From a virus, in IMG/VR virus record IMGVR_UViG_3300029305_006221, positions 1-64,000 of that record: 64,000 nt of DNA. The stretch is one strand, 5' to 3'. The notes under the pieces were generated by a model. That model was not told where the DNA came from. It ran no database searches and saw only the letters and a list, made by a program, of their open reading frames with translations. Within the stretch, counting starts at the first letter, position 1, and each line of letters begins with the position of its first letter. A program made the position numbers and the translations under genes. This document shows, piece after piece, positions 20,288 through 29,457 of this stretch.

Positions 20288-20908
20288 TTAATCATCGCCT
20301 TGTTTATAACTTGTATCACAGAATAAGAATGGGAATACATCTGCTTTAGTTAAAAAGCTAATGCCAAAGAAAGAAAGCGCAATGGTTTCTATTAACCAAA
20401 TCTAAATACGGAAATAAGGTAATAACAAAATGCCAAATGAAGCAATCATTCCAATTCCGCAAATTCTATAGATAATATTACGCGCCTTTTTCTTTTTAGT
20501 CATTTCTCCGCTTGATTTTGTAAACAAAAATAAAGAGTTGTAAGAAAGAAGACCGAAGAATACAATAGCTGATACATTATGAATGGTTGCACTAATGTTT
20601 ACAGGAATCTAAAAGGTTCCTACTAGCGCCGGCGCTAATGCATCCCAACAGGGACAGAAACAGATAAGCAAGCCACATATTCCTGCAAGTGTCAGAATAA
20701 TATCATCCAATTTAGTATATCCTCGGTAGGAAATCAAAAGAAAAGATGCTGAGCATAAGATTCCCATAAAAGGGGTTATACATTGAGCGATATAATAAGT
20801 GGCGGAAATAGATGAGGGTATGCCGCCGAAGAGTAAAGCAACAATCCAAGGAAGTGCCATACTTAATATACCAATTAAAATGCGCAAGCGCGCGGTGTTT
20901 AATTTCAT
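20288..20908 (-). CDS. polytopic membrane protein with two in-frame TAG codons (20609-20611, 20402-20404)
   Basis: The hydrophobic ORF continues in frame ...VGTF*IPVNISATIH...PYFRI*IWLIETIALSFFG... down to a TAA at 20288. Confidence 0.55.
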
Positions 20909-20981
20909 AGGTTTTTCCTCCTTTAATATATTTTCTAATAATATATTAAAAGAAAATCAATAAAATTAAATAATATTGACC

Positions 20982-21455
20982 TTAATGAAGATATTGTTTA
21001 TATCCTTCTAACATTACTCTAAATTTAAAATATAATTGAGGAAGAGTATCAGCTTCGAGCGCCGGATCATTATAGGGAAAAACAGGTTCAATCATTGGAA
21101 GATCATTTTCGGCTAAAAAATTTCTAAAAGCCAAATCAATTTCACGAAGACGCTGGATTTCTGTCCGAGCCAACTCAGCATTATACTTTAAATTATAAAA
21201 TCCTGTATCTATTGTCATAAAGTATTTTTTAGAAACTCTGTTATAATAGATATAAGCGTCATCCCATGAGTAGAAAGAAGGAGTTATATTTTTATCTATA
21301 TTGTATCCCCAAATAAAAAGATTGTCAAGCATATTGAATTCGTCATCTTTCCAATCAGGATAAAGGCGCGAACATCTTTCTTTTTCATATCTATAGTCTT
21401 TGTTTAATTCTTCATATAGCTTTTGCAGATAAGCATCAAATTTTTGTTTATTCAT
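20982..21455 (-). CDS. hypothetical protein
   Basis: Start at MNKQKF, just downstream of the suppressor-tRNA terminator. Confidence 0.45.
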   Translation of the reverse strand: MNKQKFDAYLQKLYEELNKDYRYEKERCSRLYPDWKDDEFNMLDNLFIWGYNIDKNITPSFYSWDDAYIYYNRVSKKYFMTIDTGFYNLKYNAELARTEIQRLREIDLAFRNFLAENDLPMIEPVFPYNDPALEADTLPQLYFKFRVMLEGYKQYLH

Positions 21456-21488
21456 ATTGAAACTCCTTATTAATAAATAAAATAAAAA

Positions 21489-21510
21489 CTCCTTTGAAAA
21501 TTCAAAGGAG
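21489..21510 (-). terminator. terminator immediately after the suppressor tRNA
   Basis: CUCCUUUGAAUUUUCAAAGGAG hairpin plus a U-run. Confidence 0.55.
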
Positions 21511-21519
21511 TTTAAATAA

Positions 21520-21595
21520 TGGCGGCGGAGGTGAGATTCGAACTCACGCATATGCACTTTTAGAGAGTGCCGCCTTCCCGCTTGGCTACTCCGCA
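21520..21595 (-). tRNA. amber suppressor tRNA, anticodon CUA, tRNA-Gln-like D-arm
   Basis: Cloverleaf folds. Anticodon loop is CU-CUA-AA. D-arm AGCCAAGCGGGAAGGC matches the tRNA-Gln D-arm. T-arm is GUGAG/UUCGAAU/CUCAC. CCA is encoded. Own promoter (21625-21653) and terminator (21489-21510). Confidence 0.8.
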
Positions 21596-21624
21596 ATATT
21601 GATTTCTTAACTTATTACATATAT

Positions 21625-21653
21625 ATTATAATTAAATTTTTTTAAGAAATCAA
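21625..21653 (-). promoter_or_regulatory. dedicated promoter of the suppressor tRNA (TTGATT-N17-TATAAT)
   Basis: -10 lies about 30 nt upstream of the tRNA 5' end. Confidence 0.55.
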
Positions 21654-21677
21654 TTAAATTAATCAATAGGGAACTGG

Positions 21678-22535
21678 TTATGAATTATAATATTCCCAAT
21701 GATATCCCGCAGCTGTTTGCTGCAAACCCATAACGCAATGCTAAATGTCTCCTCCATATTTTCGTTCCGCATCTCCAATGCTTAAAAATATTTCACCCGT
21801 TTCTAAACAAATTATAGATCGAGCTCGGCCTGTTTTTTTACGACGACTCTCAATTATTTCGATTGTAGTTATATTATCATCTGCTTTCACCCAATGTTTA
21901 CCATTAATGGATAGCGCTTGACCTAAAACACAACGATTGATACCTTTTCTATCGCAATGTGTTTTTCGTGCAGCTTCACTAATAGTAGGATAAATTTGAC
22001 CTGTCTCTAAACACTTAACAGCATAGCCGTATGCATTATCATGTTTTTGCTTTTCTTCAGGCGATAAATTTTTTCGCCAATTCTATAATGCTTGTACGCA
22101 CTATTCTTTAAGCTCAGGATACTATTGCAACCTTTCTTTTGTTTTTATAGATTGTTTAATATGTTCTTCTTCTCGCTAATATCTTATTATTTGTCCTTGT
22201 GACATATTTTGACGAGCTTCATTTGATAAAGCATCTCTACATCCATCTTTAATTCTTTTATTATAGCCCTTTTCTGGAAGATAAGTTTCGTATTGTAAAA
22301 TATATTTTGTTTCTAGTTCTAAAGCTTCTTTTTCAGACAGATTTTCATGTAAAATAGAATGGATAAATCCTTCTTGCCATCCGTCTTCTTGTATATCTCG
22401 CCAAAAACGCTAATTTTTGTTATACCCGTTACCATTACGCCATCTAGCCGTGGCAGAAGCAGAAGTGATACCAAAGTATTTCTAACCAGTCTTTTTTCTT
22501 TCGTGCATATAAACAAGATATTTTTTTTGATCCAT
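21678..22535 (-). CDS. free-standing GIY-YIG-family homing endonuclease with tandem C-terminal DNA-binding modules; six in-frame TAG codons
   Basis: MDQKKYLVYMHERKKTG*KYFGITS... Two repeats of a CLETGxIF..S..EA.RK....I..C..G...A.GYHW module. All interruptions are TAG. Confidence 0.55.
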
Positions 22536-22536
22536 A

Positions 22537-23034
22537 TTAGGTTTCTCCTTTGTATTTAATATTATACTCTTCACAAAGCTTGTTAAATTGTTTTATATTA
22601 CCTGTAGCTAAGCAATCTGCTAATTCATTACCTAATATATTTGCATGTCCTGGTACTTGCAGAATTTGCGTGGCAAAACTAAGTTGTTGATATAATTTAT
22701 AAGCTTCTTGTATATATATTAAATTTTGAATAGGTTTTTTATCTTTTTTTGTCCAATTATTCTTAGCCCAGGTATCGGCCCATTGAGTAATGCTATTAAC
22801 AACATAGGCGCTATCAGAGTAAATAACGAATTGATGTTGTGGATTAGACTCTGCATAATTGAGGGCGCAAATCATTGCTTTAAGTTCCATACGGTTATTG
22901 GTTACATTATCTTCAGAATCGTGTTCTAAGAAAAGAATTTCAGAATCGTCTCCGCTCATCACGATCATTCCCCAACCACCTGGACCAGGGTTTCCGCGAC
23001 TAGAACCATCTGTATATGCATAGTATTTAGCCAT
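22537..23034 (-). CDS. rnhA: ribonuclease HI
   Basis: YTDGSSRGNPGPGGWG, MELKAMICAL, VPGHANILGNELADCLA. 165 aa. Confidence 0.85.
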   Translation of the reverse strand: MAKYYAYTDGSSRGNPGPGGWGMIVMSGDDSEILFLEHDSEDNVTNNRMELKAMICALNYAESNPQHQFVIYSDSAYVVNSITQWADTWAKNNWTKKDKKPIQNLIYIQEAYKLYQQLSFATQILQVPGHANILGNELADCLATGNIKQFNKLCEEYNIKYKGET

Positions 23035-23641
23035 TAGATTTCTCCTTTTCTAAAGACTCTTTTACACCCTTATAAAACTCTTCTGTTAATTCACGAGATT
23101 CATACCATTCATAAATCCATGCTAAATCAATATCTTGTAATTTTAACCCATGAGTTAACTGTTTTAATGCGTGGGTAATAAAATCTTTGGTATTTTGATG
23201 CATTGCTAAAGGCTTTTCACATTTTTTACACCACCATTCATATTCCTTTTGGTAAGTGAAATCCTTCCCCATATAAGCGCGCCCGGCGCCGAGATAATCA
23301 CAAAGCATTTCAACAGCATCTTTATAAGGCATTTGAAGCGGCTGTCCACCGTTATCAAAGTTGTCTTGGTGATATTCGTAGTGATGAGAATTACGCCCTT
23401 TATGATGTAGCCATGCTTTAGAGACGCCTTTATCTTCCTTACAGGCATCAATAGGAGAGCGATTACCTTGATAATATCTCACCGACTCCCAGAATTCAGT
23501 CGGTGAGAACTTGGACATATCGTGTTTAATTCCGCGCCAAGGGATACCTGCTTTACAACAATAATAAAATACCCAATATTTATGCTTACATATTTTTCCA
23601 AAATGTCGAAAAGTATTTTTAATAGTAATTCGAGTCTTCAT
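23027..23641 (-). CDS. hypothetical protein (His/Cys-rich)
   Basis: 204-aa ORF. Confidence 0.4.
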   Translation of the reverse strand: MKTRITIKNTFRHFGKICKHKYWVFYYCCKAGIPWRGIKHDMSKFSPTEFWESVRYYQGNRSPIDACKEDKGVSKAWLHHKGRNSHHYEYHQDNFDNGGQPLQMPYKDAVEMLCDYLGAGRAYMGKDFTYQKEYEWWCKKCEKPLAMHQNTKDFITHALKQLTHGLKLQDIDLAWIYEWYESRELTEEFYKGVKESLEKEKSNG

Positions 23642-23921
23642 TTAATCCTGTTAACCTTTCTGCTTTATATCCATTATCATTTATTACCATAAAATCAACA
23701 TCATCATACCAAACAATAACTTGATGACATGGGAAAGTTTCTTTTAGCATCTTTCTTAGTTCGCGTAATTCATCTATATCATATCCGCTATCTTTAGAAA
23801 AGCGTGCAACAAGAACAGAATTTCGTTCAAGAGTAAGGGTATTTAGATTTAATGGGGTAATATTAGGCGGCTCATTATCTAAACCCTAGTTAATAATATT
23901 CGTCTTATAAGTATCTATCAT
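23619..23921 (-). CDS. hypothetical protein with one in-frame TAG (23886-23888)
   Basis: MIDTYKTNIIN*GLDNEPPNITPL... stays open to a TAA. Overlaps the downstream start. Confidence 0.4.
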
Positions 23922-23924
23922 ATC

Positions 23925-24353
23925 TTAAACCTCTTTAAAGCTTTTACGATTTGCATTAGCCGCATCAAAATTCTTTATTTTTTCATAATAAAGAGATTTT
24001 AGAGTAATAATTCTATCTGCCCAATAACAACGCTTATTACGAGCATCATCAACAGCTATGCGCATTTTCTTTACCCAAAACGCGTCCTGATCATAAGTGC
24101 GAGTTGCAGACATCTCTCTCCAAAACTGAGTAAGTGCCTTTAGACGATCATTCCAATGTCTTCGCTGAGCTCGGCAATATTCAATCTCAGCCTTCATTTC
24201 AGCAAGCTCAAAGCCGAAATATCTTGATTCGTTATAATAATCTTCTTCTTTGCATTGAACGGCGCCTGTAAATTGCCCCATATTGGTTCCTATTGTTACA
24301 ATATAGGCGTGCTGTGCTTCATCGTGAAGTGTTTCTATAAGAGTATGTTTCAT
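23925..24353 (-). CDS. hypothetical protein
   Basis: 142-aa ORF. Confidence 0.4.
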   Translation of the reverse strand: MKHTLIETLHDEAQHAYIVTIGTNMGQFTGAVQCKEEDYYNESRYFGFELAEMKAEIEYCRAQRRHWNDRLKALTQFWREMSATRTYDQDAFWVKKMRIAVDDARNKRCYWADRIITLKSLYYEKIKNFDAANANRKSFKEV

Positions 24354-24451
24354 ATTAGTTATCTCCTTCTATCCAATTATTTATTAATCTTTCGATTTCA
24401 AATCTATTTGTTATAATCCACTCCCAAATAGGAGCTATAATGTGTATCATA

Positions 24452-25015
24452 TTAGTCATTATCAAGCATCTCCTCACATTTATTCATTTCTGCTCTGATA
24501 TCTTCGAGAACTTGATCAAGAGAAACAGGGTATCCGTCATGACTATCCACTCCTACGTGATACATCCAAGGATCTCCTTTATAAAAGTTAGATGTCTGAT
24601 GAAGGTGACCATATAAGTTCACTACAACCTGCCAGAGTTCTTTCTCCTTAAGGTTGTGAGTAATAGTAGGATAATGTGAAAGATAAAAGTTGATTTTCTT
24701 ATATTTTAGGCGCGCGCAAAGCTGCACATCCCAGCCCATATCGCGATAAGCCTGCTCTCTCCTTGAAGTATCGTGATTTCCGAGACAAACATGAATTTTA
24801 CCTTTAAGCTGCTTAAGAAGCGCTAGGCCGCCTTCAATGTCGCCAAGAACGAGATCTCCAAGAATCCATACTTCGTCTTCGTCAGATACCACAGAATTGA
24901 ATTTCTCAATCTGCTTAATATTCATTTCATTTACATCTGCATAGCCTCGGGCGCCCCAAATAAATTCGCGGTCATGCCCCAGATGCAGATCCGACGTGAT
25001 CCAAATCTTACTCAT
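24452..25015 (-). CDS. calcineurin-like metallophosphoesterase (polynucleotide 2',3'/3'-phosphatase candidate)
   Basis: SDLHLGH, GDLVLGD, GNHD, GHLH motifs. Stop overlaps the kinase gene start. Confidence 0.7.
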   Translation of the reverse strand: MSKIWITSDLHLGHDREFIWGARGYADVNEMNIKQIEKFNSVVSDEDEVWILGDLVLGDIEGGLALLKQLKGKIHVCLGNHDTSRREQAYRDMGWDVQLCARLKYKKINFYLSHYPTITHNLKEKELWQVVVNLYGHLHQTSNFYKGDPWMYHVGVDSHDGYPVSLDQVLEDIRAEMNKCEEMLDND

Positions 25016-25476
25016 TACTCTTCCTCCTTTATAACAGTTATTTTATTAAACCCCTCTGCCTCTTCAGGCATCTCCATTGTGAAAAACATACGGCGGATAA
25101 TACCATGCTTAACCCAAGCGCGCCCTTCGCGTTGGTCATTTCTTTTAAATGCAGTTTCTACACTTGTATCGAGTACCACTGCCTCAATTTCATCTGCAAA
25201 CTTACGCACTTTATCAAGCACTCTTGCGCGTGATTTTTTATTAAGATGAGTAGCATCTGCTATTGTTACTTCATCTGCTACAAGGCTACCGATAATTTGA
25301 CGAATAAACTTATCAAAAACTTCATCTTCGTAGTCAAAGTATTCGCCGCCTCTTTCATCAAGTGATTCAAAACGGATTGCATCTCTTGATACAGGTGTTA
25401 TATCTGGAAAATTATTTTTAATATAGGTCGACTTACCCGATCCTGGAATACCTACCATCATAATCAATTTACTCAT
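25015..25476 (-). CDS. P-loop polynucleotide kinase-like protein
   Basis: Walker A GIPGSGKST. AAA_33/Pnk-kinase-like length of 153 aa. Confidence 0.6.
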   Translation of the reverse strand: MSKLIMMVGIPGSGKSTYIKNNFPDITPVSRDAIRFESLDERGGEYFDYEDEVFDKFIRQIIGSLVADEVTIADATHLNKKSRARVLDKVRKFADEIEAVVLDTSVETAFKRNDQREGRAWVKHGIIRRMFFTMEMPEEAEGFNKITVIKEEE

Positions 25477-25797
25477 TTAGTTCCTCCAATTTATATATAC
25501 CGTTATTTTTACTATTGCTCCCATAAGTTCATCGGTTCCTATTTCTGCATTATATCCGAGTAAAACTAAAAACTTTTTTAACTCATCTTGAAAAAGATGC
25601 ATATCAACACCCTGTTCCATCAGTGTATTAGCAGCCCAAAAATAACTACAGGTATAAGTGCCAACCTCTGCGGCTGCAATAATTCTCGGAGCAATAAATT
25701 CTTCCCATTCAGCTTCGACAACTTCTCTTGCTCTTTGTCTTTTATTTGTATTTATTTTGTTTGCTATTTCTCTTACCGTTTTTGCATCTGTAAACAT
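25477..25797 (-). CDS. hypothetical protein
   Basis: 106-aa ORF. Promoter at 25831-25859. Confidence 0.4.
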   Translation of the reverse strand: MFTDAKTVREIANKINTNKRQRAREVVEAEWEEFIAPRIIAAAEVGTYTCSYFWAANTLMEQGVDMHLFQDELKKFLVLLGYNAEIGTDELMGAIVKITVYINWRN

Positions 25798-25830
25798 CTT
25801 ATTTTCTCTCTTTCATTTCTTTTATAATTT

Positions 25831-25859
25831 ATTATAACATAATTTTTATAAAAAATCAA
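25831..25859 (-). promoter_or_regulatory. sigma70-type promoter, class A (TTGATT-N17-TGTTATAAT), for the kinase/phosphatase operon
   Basis: Motif read directly. Confidence 0.6.
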
Positions 25860-25860
25860 A

Positions 25861-25886
25861 AAAGCCACATAGTCGTGGCTTTTTTA
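25861..25886. terminator. bidirectional hairpin terminator after the RNA ligase gene
   Basis: GCCACAUAGUCGUGGC hairpin flanked by A-runs and T-runs. Confidence 0.55.
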
Positions 25887-25889
25887 TTT

Positions 25890-26105
25890 TTATTCTTCTG
25901 TTACTTCAACTTCTTGTGCTTCTTCTACATCGGGAGCAGTTGCTTCAGCTTTAACCAGCCCCTCTAAGCATTTGAAACTAAAATTTTTATGTTTAAATGC
26001 GGCGAACTTAGGCCTATTAACAATACGAACCACTACGCCTTCGCGCACATGGGTCTTGCCTATCGGATCGGGACCATCATAAAACTGCTCTGCCTTAAAA
26101 CCCAT
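25890..26105 (-). CDS. RNA ligase C-terminal segment (motifs IV/V) in the -1 frame relative to 26060..27295
   Basis: EGVVVRIVN (motif IV) and FKHKNFSFK (motif V) with an acidic tail. Overlaps the upstream ORF by 46 nt. Confidence 0.45.
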   Translation of the reverse strand: MGFKAEQFYDGPDPIGKTHVREGVVVRIVNRPKFAAFKHKNFSFKCLEGLVKAEATAPDVEEAQEVEVTEE

Positions 26106-27295
26106 TCACCCGCAGAAATAGTAGGATCGTCTGCTGACGCGCAGTGGTCAGGAATAATACCTTTCCACATTACAGGAACGGTTTTTACTCCCATCTGTTC
26201 ACAGCGATAACGCATGAAGTCAGGAGTATACTCAACTACATCACCATCCTCGTTAGTCATAGTCATACGGTAGATATAGATATCTGACTGAGGGACTTCC
26301 ACAGAAATAGAAAAAACTCCATTATCATCATTGCCATACATTGTCTTTAAACCATCAGGAGCGCATCCATAAGAAAAACGAGTAGTTTCACCATACTGTT
26401 TAATAAAATCTTTATCATTTAGCTTTTTATTATTTGCATCTCCCATAATAGGCTTTCCATCGGTTGTAAAACCAACTACCTCGTAGTAAATAGTCTCGCC
26501 CTTCCAAAGTTTTCCTTCAAAAGTCTTTGAATGTTTTTCTCTAAACTCATTAGAGCCATAAAACCCACCTTCATAATCTTCAAGAACTACGCGGCGGGTG
26601 CCAGAAACACCGCCCCAGTCATATATAGGAGTACCTTCTTTTCGAGTGATCTTATCCCAAAGGCTACGCTTGTATCCTTTTAGAGTAGGCAGATAACCAG
26701 TTCTCTGACTAGTGCCATGTAGCTTAAGCGTGATCTCAATCTCGTCACCAGGCTTAAAAGCGCCAAGGTTATAAGCTAACTGCTCAGTGTCAGCATGCTC
26801 CTTGAACAAAGGCGCGGTAGAGACCTTCTTCTTACGAGTTCTGTTTCCATCTGATACATAACCGCGACGAGTATTAGAACGAGGAATATACTTGCAACAA
26901 ATCTCGTGTCCATTAACAAGACCTTCGATTATATCTCCCTCTTTAAGATGCGCGGCGGCTGCCTCATCTTCGAAGCAATAGTCGAGCGCAGATAAAGGAA
27001 GGAAAATACCATCTGATTTCTCTCCGCGCAAACGAATAGCGGTTATATTGCGTTTGTCAGGATCCATGTAGCCACCTATATTCACTCCATTTTCGTCTTT
27101 CTTACGAAGTAGATTATTATGTTTAGCAAATTCTACTGATACCTGACCATCGGTAGGTAGATAGATACCAAGCTGTCCCTCTTTATAATCAAGAGAGACG
27201 CATATAGTATTTCCAAAACAGTCTGCAAGAAGCAGTCTATCTGCATTGGGATGAGGGCGCACATTTTTAAGTGTAGTTATATAAGCCTTATACAT
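26060..27295 (-). CDS. RNA ligase (Rnl2-like), N-terminal part: tRNA-binding (Trbp111/Myf-like) domain plus adenylyltransferase motif I. The ORF ends at a TAG and continues in the -1 frame.
   Basis: N-terminal VRPHPNADRLLLADCFGNTICVS. Motif I KLHGTS (KxHG). 411 aa. Confidence 0.55.
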   Translation of the reverse strand: MYKAYITTLKNVRPHPNADRLLLADCFGNTICVSLDYKEGQLGIYLPTDGQVSVEFAKHNNLLRKKDENGVNIGGYMDPDKRNITAIRLRGEKSDGIFLPLSALDYCFEDEAAAAHLKEGDIIEGLVNGHEICCKYIPRSNTRRGYVSDGNRTRKKKVSTAPLFKEHADTEQLAYNLGAFKPGDEIEITLKLHGTSQRTGYLPTLKGYKRSLWDKITRKEGTPIYDWGGVSGTRRVVLEDYEGGFYGSNEFREKHSKTFEGKLWKGETIYYEVVGFTTDGKPIMGDANNKKLNDKDFIKQYGETTRFSYGCAPDGLKTMYGNDDNGVFSISVEVPQSDIYIYRMTMTNEDGDVVEYTPDFMRYRCEQMGVKTVPVMWKGIIPDHCASADDPTISAGEWVLRQSSFMMVPIR

Positions 27296-27319
27296 TTCTA
27301 TTCTCCTTTTATCTCTTTT

Positions 27320-27547
27320 TTATTCTTTCCAAAACCAACTATTAGGATTACTACATTTATTAACATACTTACATGTTGCATAACAACTGAAAAATGTTGC
27401 TATCATACAGCCAATTACAACGCTCCATACTGGAAGATCAAATAGATAAAAAAAACTAACGCCAATTAAAACAGGCGCACTAGCTGCTATTATAGCGCCT
27501 ATGATTGCTACTAAAAATAATTTACAATATATCTTAAAAGATATCAT
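27320..27547 (-). CDS. small membrane protein
   Basis: Two hydrophobic helices. The ATG lies 1 nt after the sigma-factor stop, with a GGAGG RBS. Confidence 0.4.
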   Translation of the reverse strand: MISFKIYCKLFLVAIIGAIIAASAPVLIGVSFFYLFDLPVWSVVIGCMIATFFSCYATCKYVNKCSNPNSWFWKE

Positions 27548-27548
27548 A

Positions 27549-28445
27549 TTAAGCCTCCAAAAATTCTCTAAGCGCATTGGCGCGCATTGGATTACGAAGT
27601 TTCTTAAGTGCTTTTTCTTCAATTTGTCTTATACGCTCTTTAGAGAGTCCATAAAAATTACCTACTTCTTCAAGAGTCTGAGGATGTCCTGTTTCGAAGC
27701 CATACCTACGGCGCAAAACGTCGGCTTCGCGCGCCTCAAGAGTCTCTAATACAGTATCAATCTTTTTGCTAACCTCTTGTCTATAAAGGTTTTCAATAGG
27801 ATGTTCTATTGAGTCATCTGCAATTAAATCTCCAATAGTGCCATCATCTTCATCATTAAATGTTTGATCAATAGAAACAGGGTCTTTAATTATAGATTGA
27901 AGCTCTCGCACTTTATTCTCTTCTATTTCCATTCTGCGCGAGATTTCACTTATAGTAGGTTCACGGTGAAGTTCTTGAAAAAGTTCATTAGTGACTCGAC
28001 TAAGTTTACTAAGCTGCTCTATAACATGAGCAGGAACTCGAACAAAACGAGATTGTTCAACAACTACTTTTGAGATTGCTTGTCTTATCCACCAAGTAGC
28101 ATAGGTTGAAAATCTATAGCCAAGACTATAATCCCACTTATCAACAGCTGTCATAAGTCCGATATTTCCCTCTTGAATAAGATCAAGTAGCGGAATCTTA
28201 GAGCGATGGGTATATTTCTTTGCGATGCTTACAACTAGGCGCAAATTAGCGTTTATAAGTGCTTCACGGGCGCTCTTATCTCCTTCTTTTATTAAGGCTC
28301 CAAGATGTTGCTCTTCTTCTGCTGTTAAAAGAGGGGTTTTACTAATTGATTTTAAATAGGCGCGAGTCGCTTCCATTACAAAACCAACATTTTCTTCTCC
28401 ATAAATTTCTGTTTCATTTTCTAAAGTCATTACGTTATCATTCAT
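27549..28445 (-). CDS. sigma-70 family RNA polymerase sigma factor
   Basis: Regions 2.1-2.4 ([40 protein letters not shown]) and 4.2 ([20 protein letters not shown]). 298 aa. Confidence 0.85.
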   Translation of the reverse strand: MNDNVMTLENETEIYGEENVGFVMEATRAYLKSISKTPLLTAEEEQHLGALIKEGDKSAREALINANLRLVVSIAKKYTHRSKIPLLDLIQEGNIGLMTAVDKWDYSLGYRFSTYATWWIRQAISKVVVEQSRFVRVPAHVIEQLSKLSRVTNELFQELHREPTISEISRRMEIEENKVRELQSIIKDPVSIDQTFNDEDDGTIGDLIADDSIEHPIENLYRQEVSKKIDTVLETLEAREADVLRRRYGFETGHPQTLEEVGNFYGLSKERIRQIEEKALKKLRNPMRANALREFLEA

Positions 28446-28493
28446 ATTATCTCTCTCTTTTCTATTTTATTTTTATTTTTTTTTAAGTATAAT

Positions 28494-28522
28494 ATTATAA
28501 CATAATTTTTTTAGAAAGTCAA
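28494..28522 (-). promoter_or_regulatory. sigma70-type promoter, class A (TTGACT-N17-TGTTATAAT), upstream of the sigma factor gene
   Basis: Motif read directly. Confidence 0.6.
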
Positions 28523-28776
28523 CTATTATATTCTCCTGTGAGCTCTTTTATTGAAACTGGTGGAACTATTGCTATAAACTTTGACCAACTTCCATAGTCA
28601 ATAAAAGTAGCCGTTTCTCCCATTATAATGCGCCAATAAGGATCTTGATGGAAGTTGTTTACAGAAAGATATTCTTTGATTATTTTACACGCTTCTTGAT
28701 AAGAATTAGCTGCGCTAATTGGCTGTTCATTAAGAAGCGTTTCTATACTATCTGATAAAAATATTTTATATCTCAT
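28519..28776 (-). CDS. hypothetical protein
   Basis: 85-aa ORF. Confidence 0.35.
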   Translation of the reverse strand: MRYKIFLSDSIETLLNEQPISAANSYQEACKIIKEYLSVNNFHQDPYWRIIMGETATFIDYGSWSKFIAIVPPVSIKELTGEYNS

Positions 28777-29068
28777 TTATTTCCTCCTTGTTTTCTGATG
28801 CATATGTTTGGAGTATACTACCTATTTTTATGTCTGTTGGATTTCCATACTGCGCCGAAGTAGATTCAAGTTCTTTTTCCTGAAGTTTAGATTCTAATTC
28901 AAGCACTTGCGCCTTTAACTCATCCCTGTCGCGCACGATGGCTTCCATCTCATTTAAAATATTTACAAGTTGTGTGAATTCACAAGCAAGATTAGGAAAA
29001 CTTATTTTATTGTAATAAACAGCTCTTTCAGTGGCTTTATTTCTTAATTCATCTATTCGATTTAACAT
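28766..29068 (-). CDS. hypothetical coiled-coil protein
   Basis: 100-aa ORF. Confidence 0.35.
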   Translation of the reverse strand: MLNRIDELRNKATERAVYYNKISFPNLACEFTQLVNILNEMEAIVRDRDELKAQVLELESKLQEKELESTSAQYGNPTDIKIGSILQTYASENKEEINEI

Positions 29069-29457
29069 AATAATTTCTCCATTTCTGATACATCAACGCC
29101 CTTACCACGAAGATTGTTGATACATTCTTTCAAGTATTCATCATTGTGTTCAGGATAAATAATTTCTCTAGTATAAGCATATTCACAACCACAAAATTGC
29201 GGAACGAAGCCTAATATTGTTCCTCGGTAAGAAGAGTGCCTCCAATTTCGATCAGGATGATAGCCACGACGCTCCATTTCATCCATAACGCAACAGTGAT
29301 ATTCATAAAGATATTCAGGATCATACTTGAATACATAGTCAACTGTTGCATGTTTCTTGCCCCAACCCTTGCCGCGCAATGCGCAACACTCGCGATGCTG
29401 ACCTAGCAACTGCTGTCTTGGAAGGTAGGGTATTAATTGCTGTGCCCAGAGTCTCAT
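29062..29457 (-). CDS. pyrimidine-dimer DNA glycosylase (T4 endonuclease V/DenV-like)
   Basis: MRLWAQQLIPYLPRQQLLGQHRECCAL resembles the N-terminus of the Pyr_excise family. Confidence 0.5.
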   Translation of the reverse strand: MRLWAQQLIPYLPRQQLLGQHRECCALRGKGWGKKHATVDYVFKYDPEYLYEYHCCVMDEMERRGYHPDRNWRHSSYRGTILGFVPQFCGCEYAYTREIIYPEHNDEYLKECINNLRGKGVDVSEMEKLLC

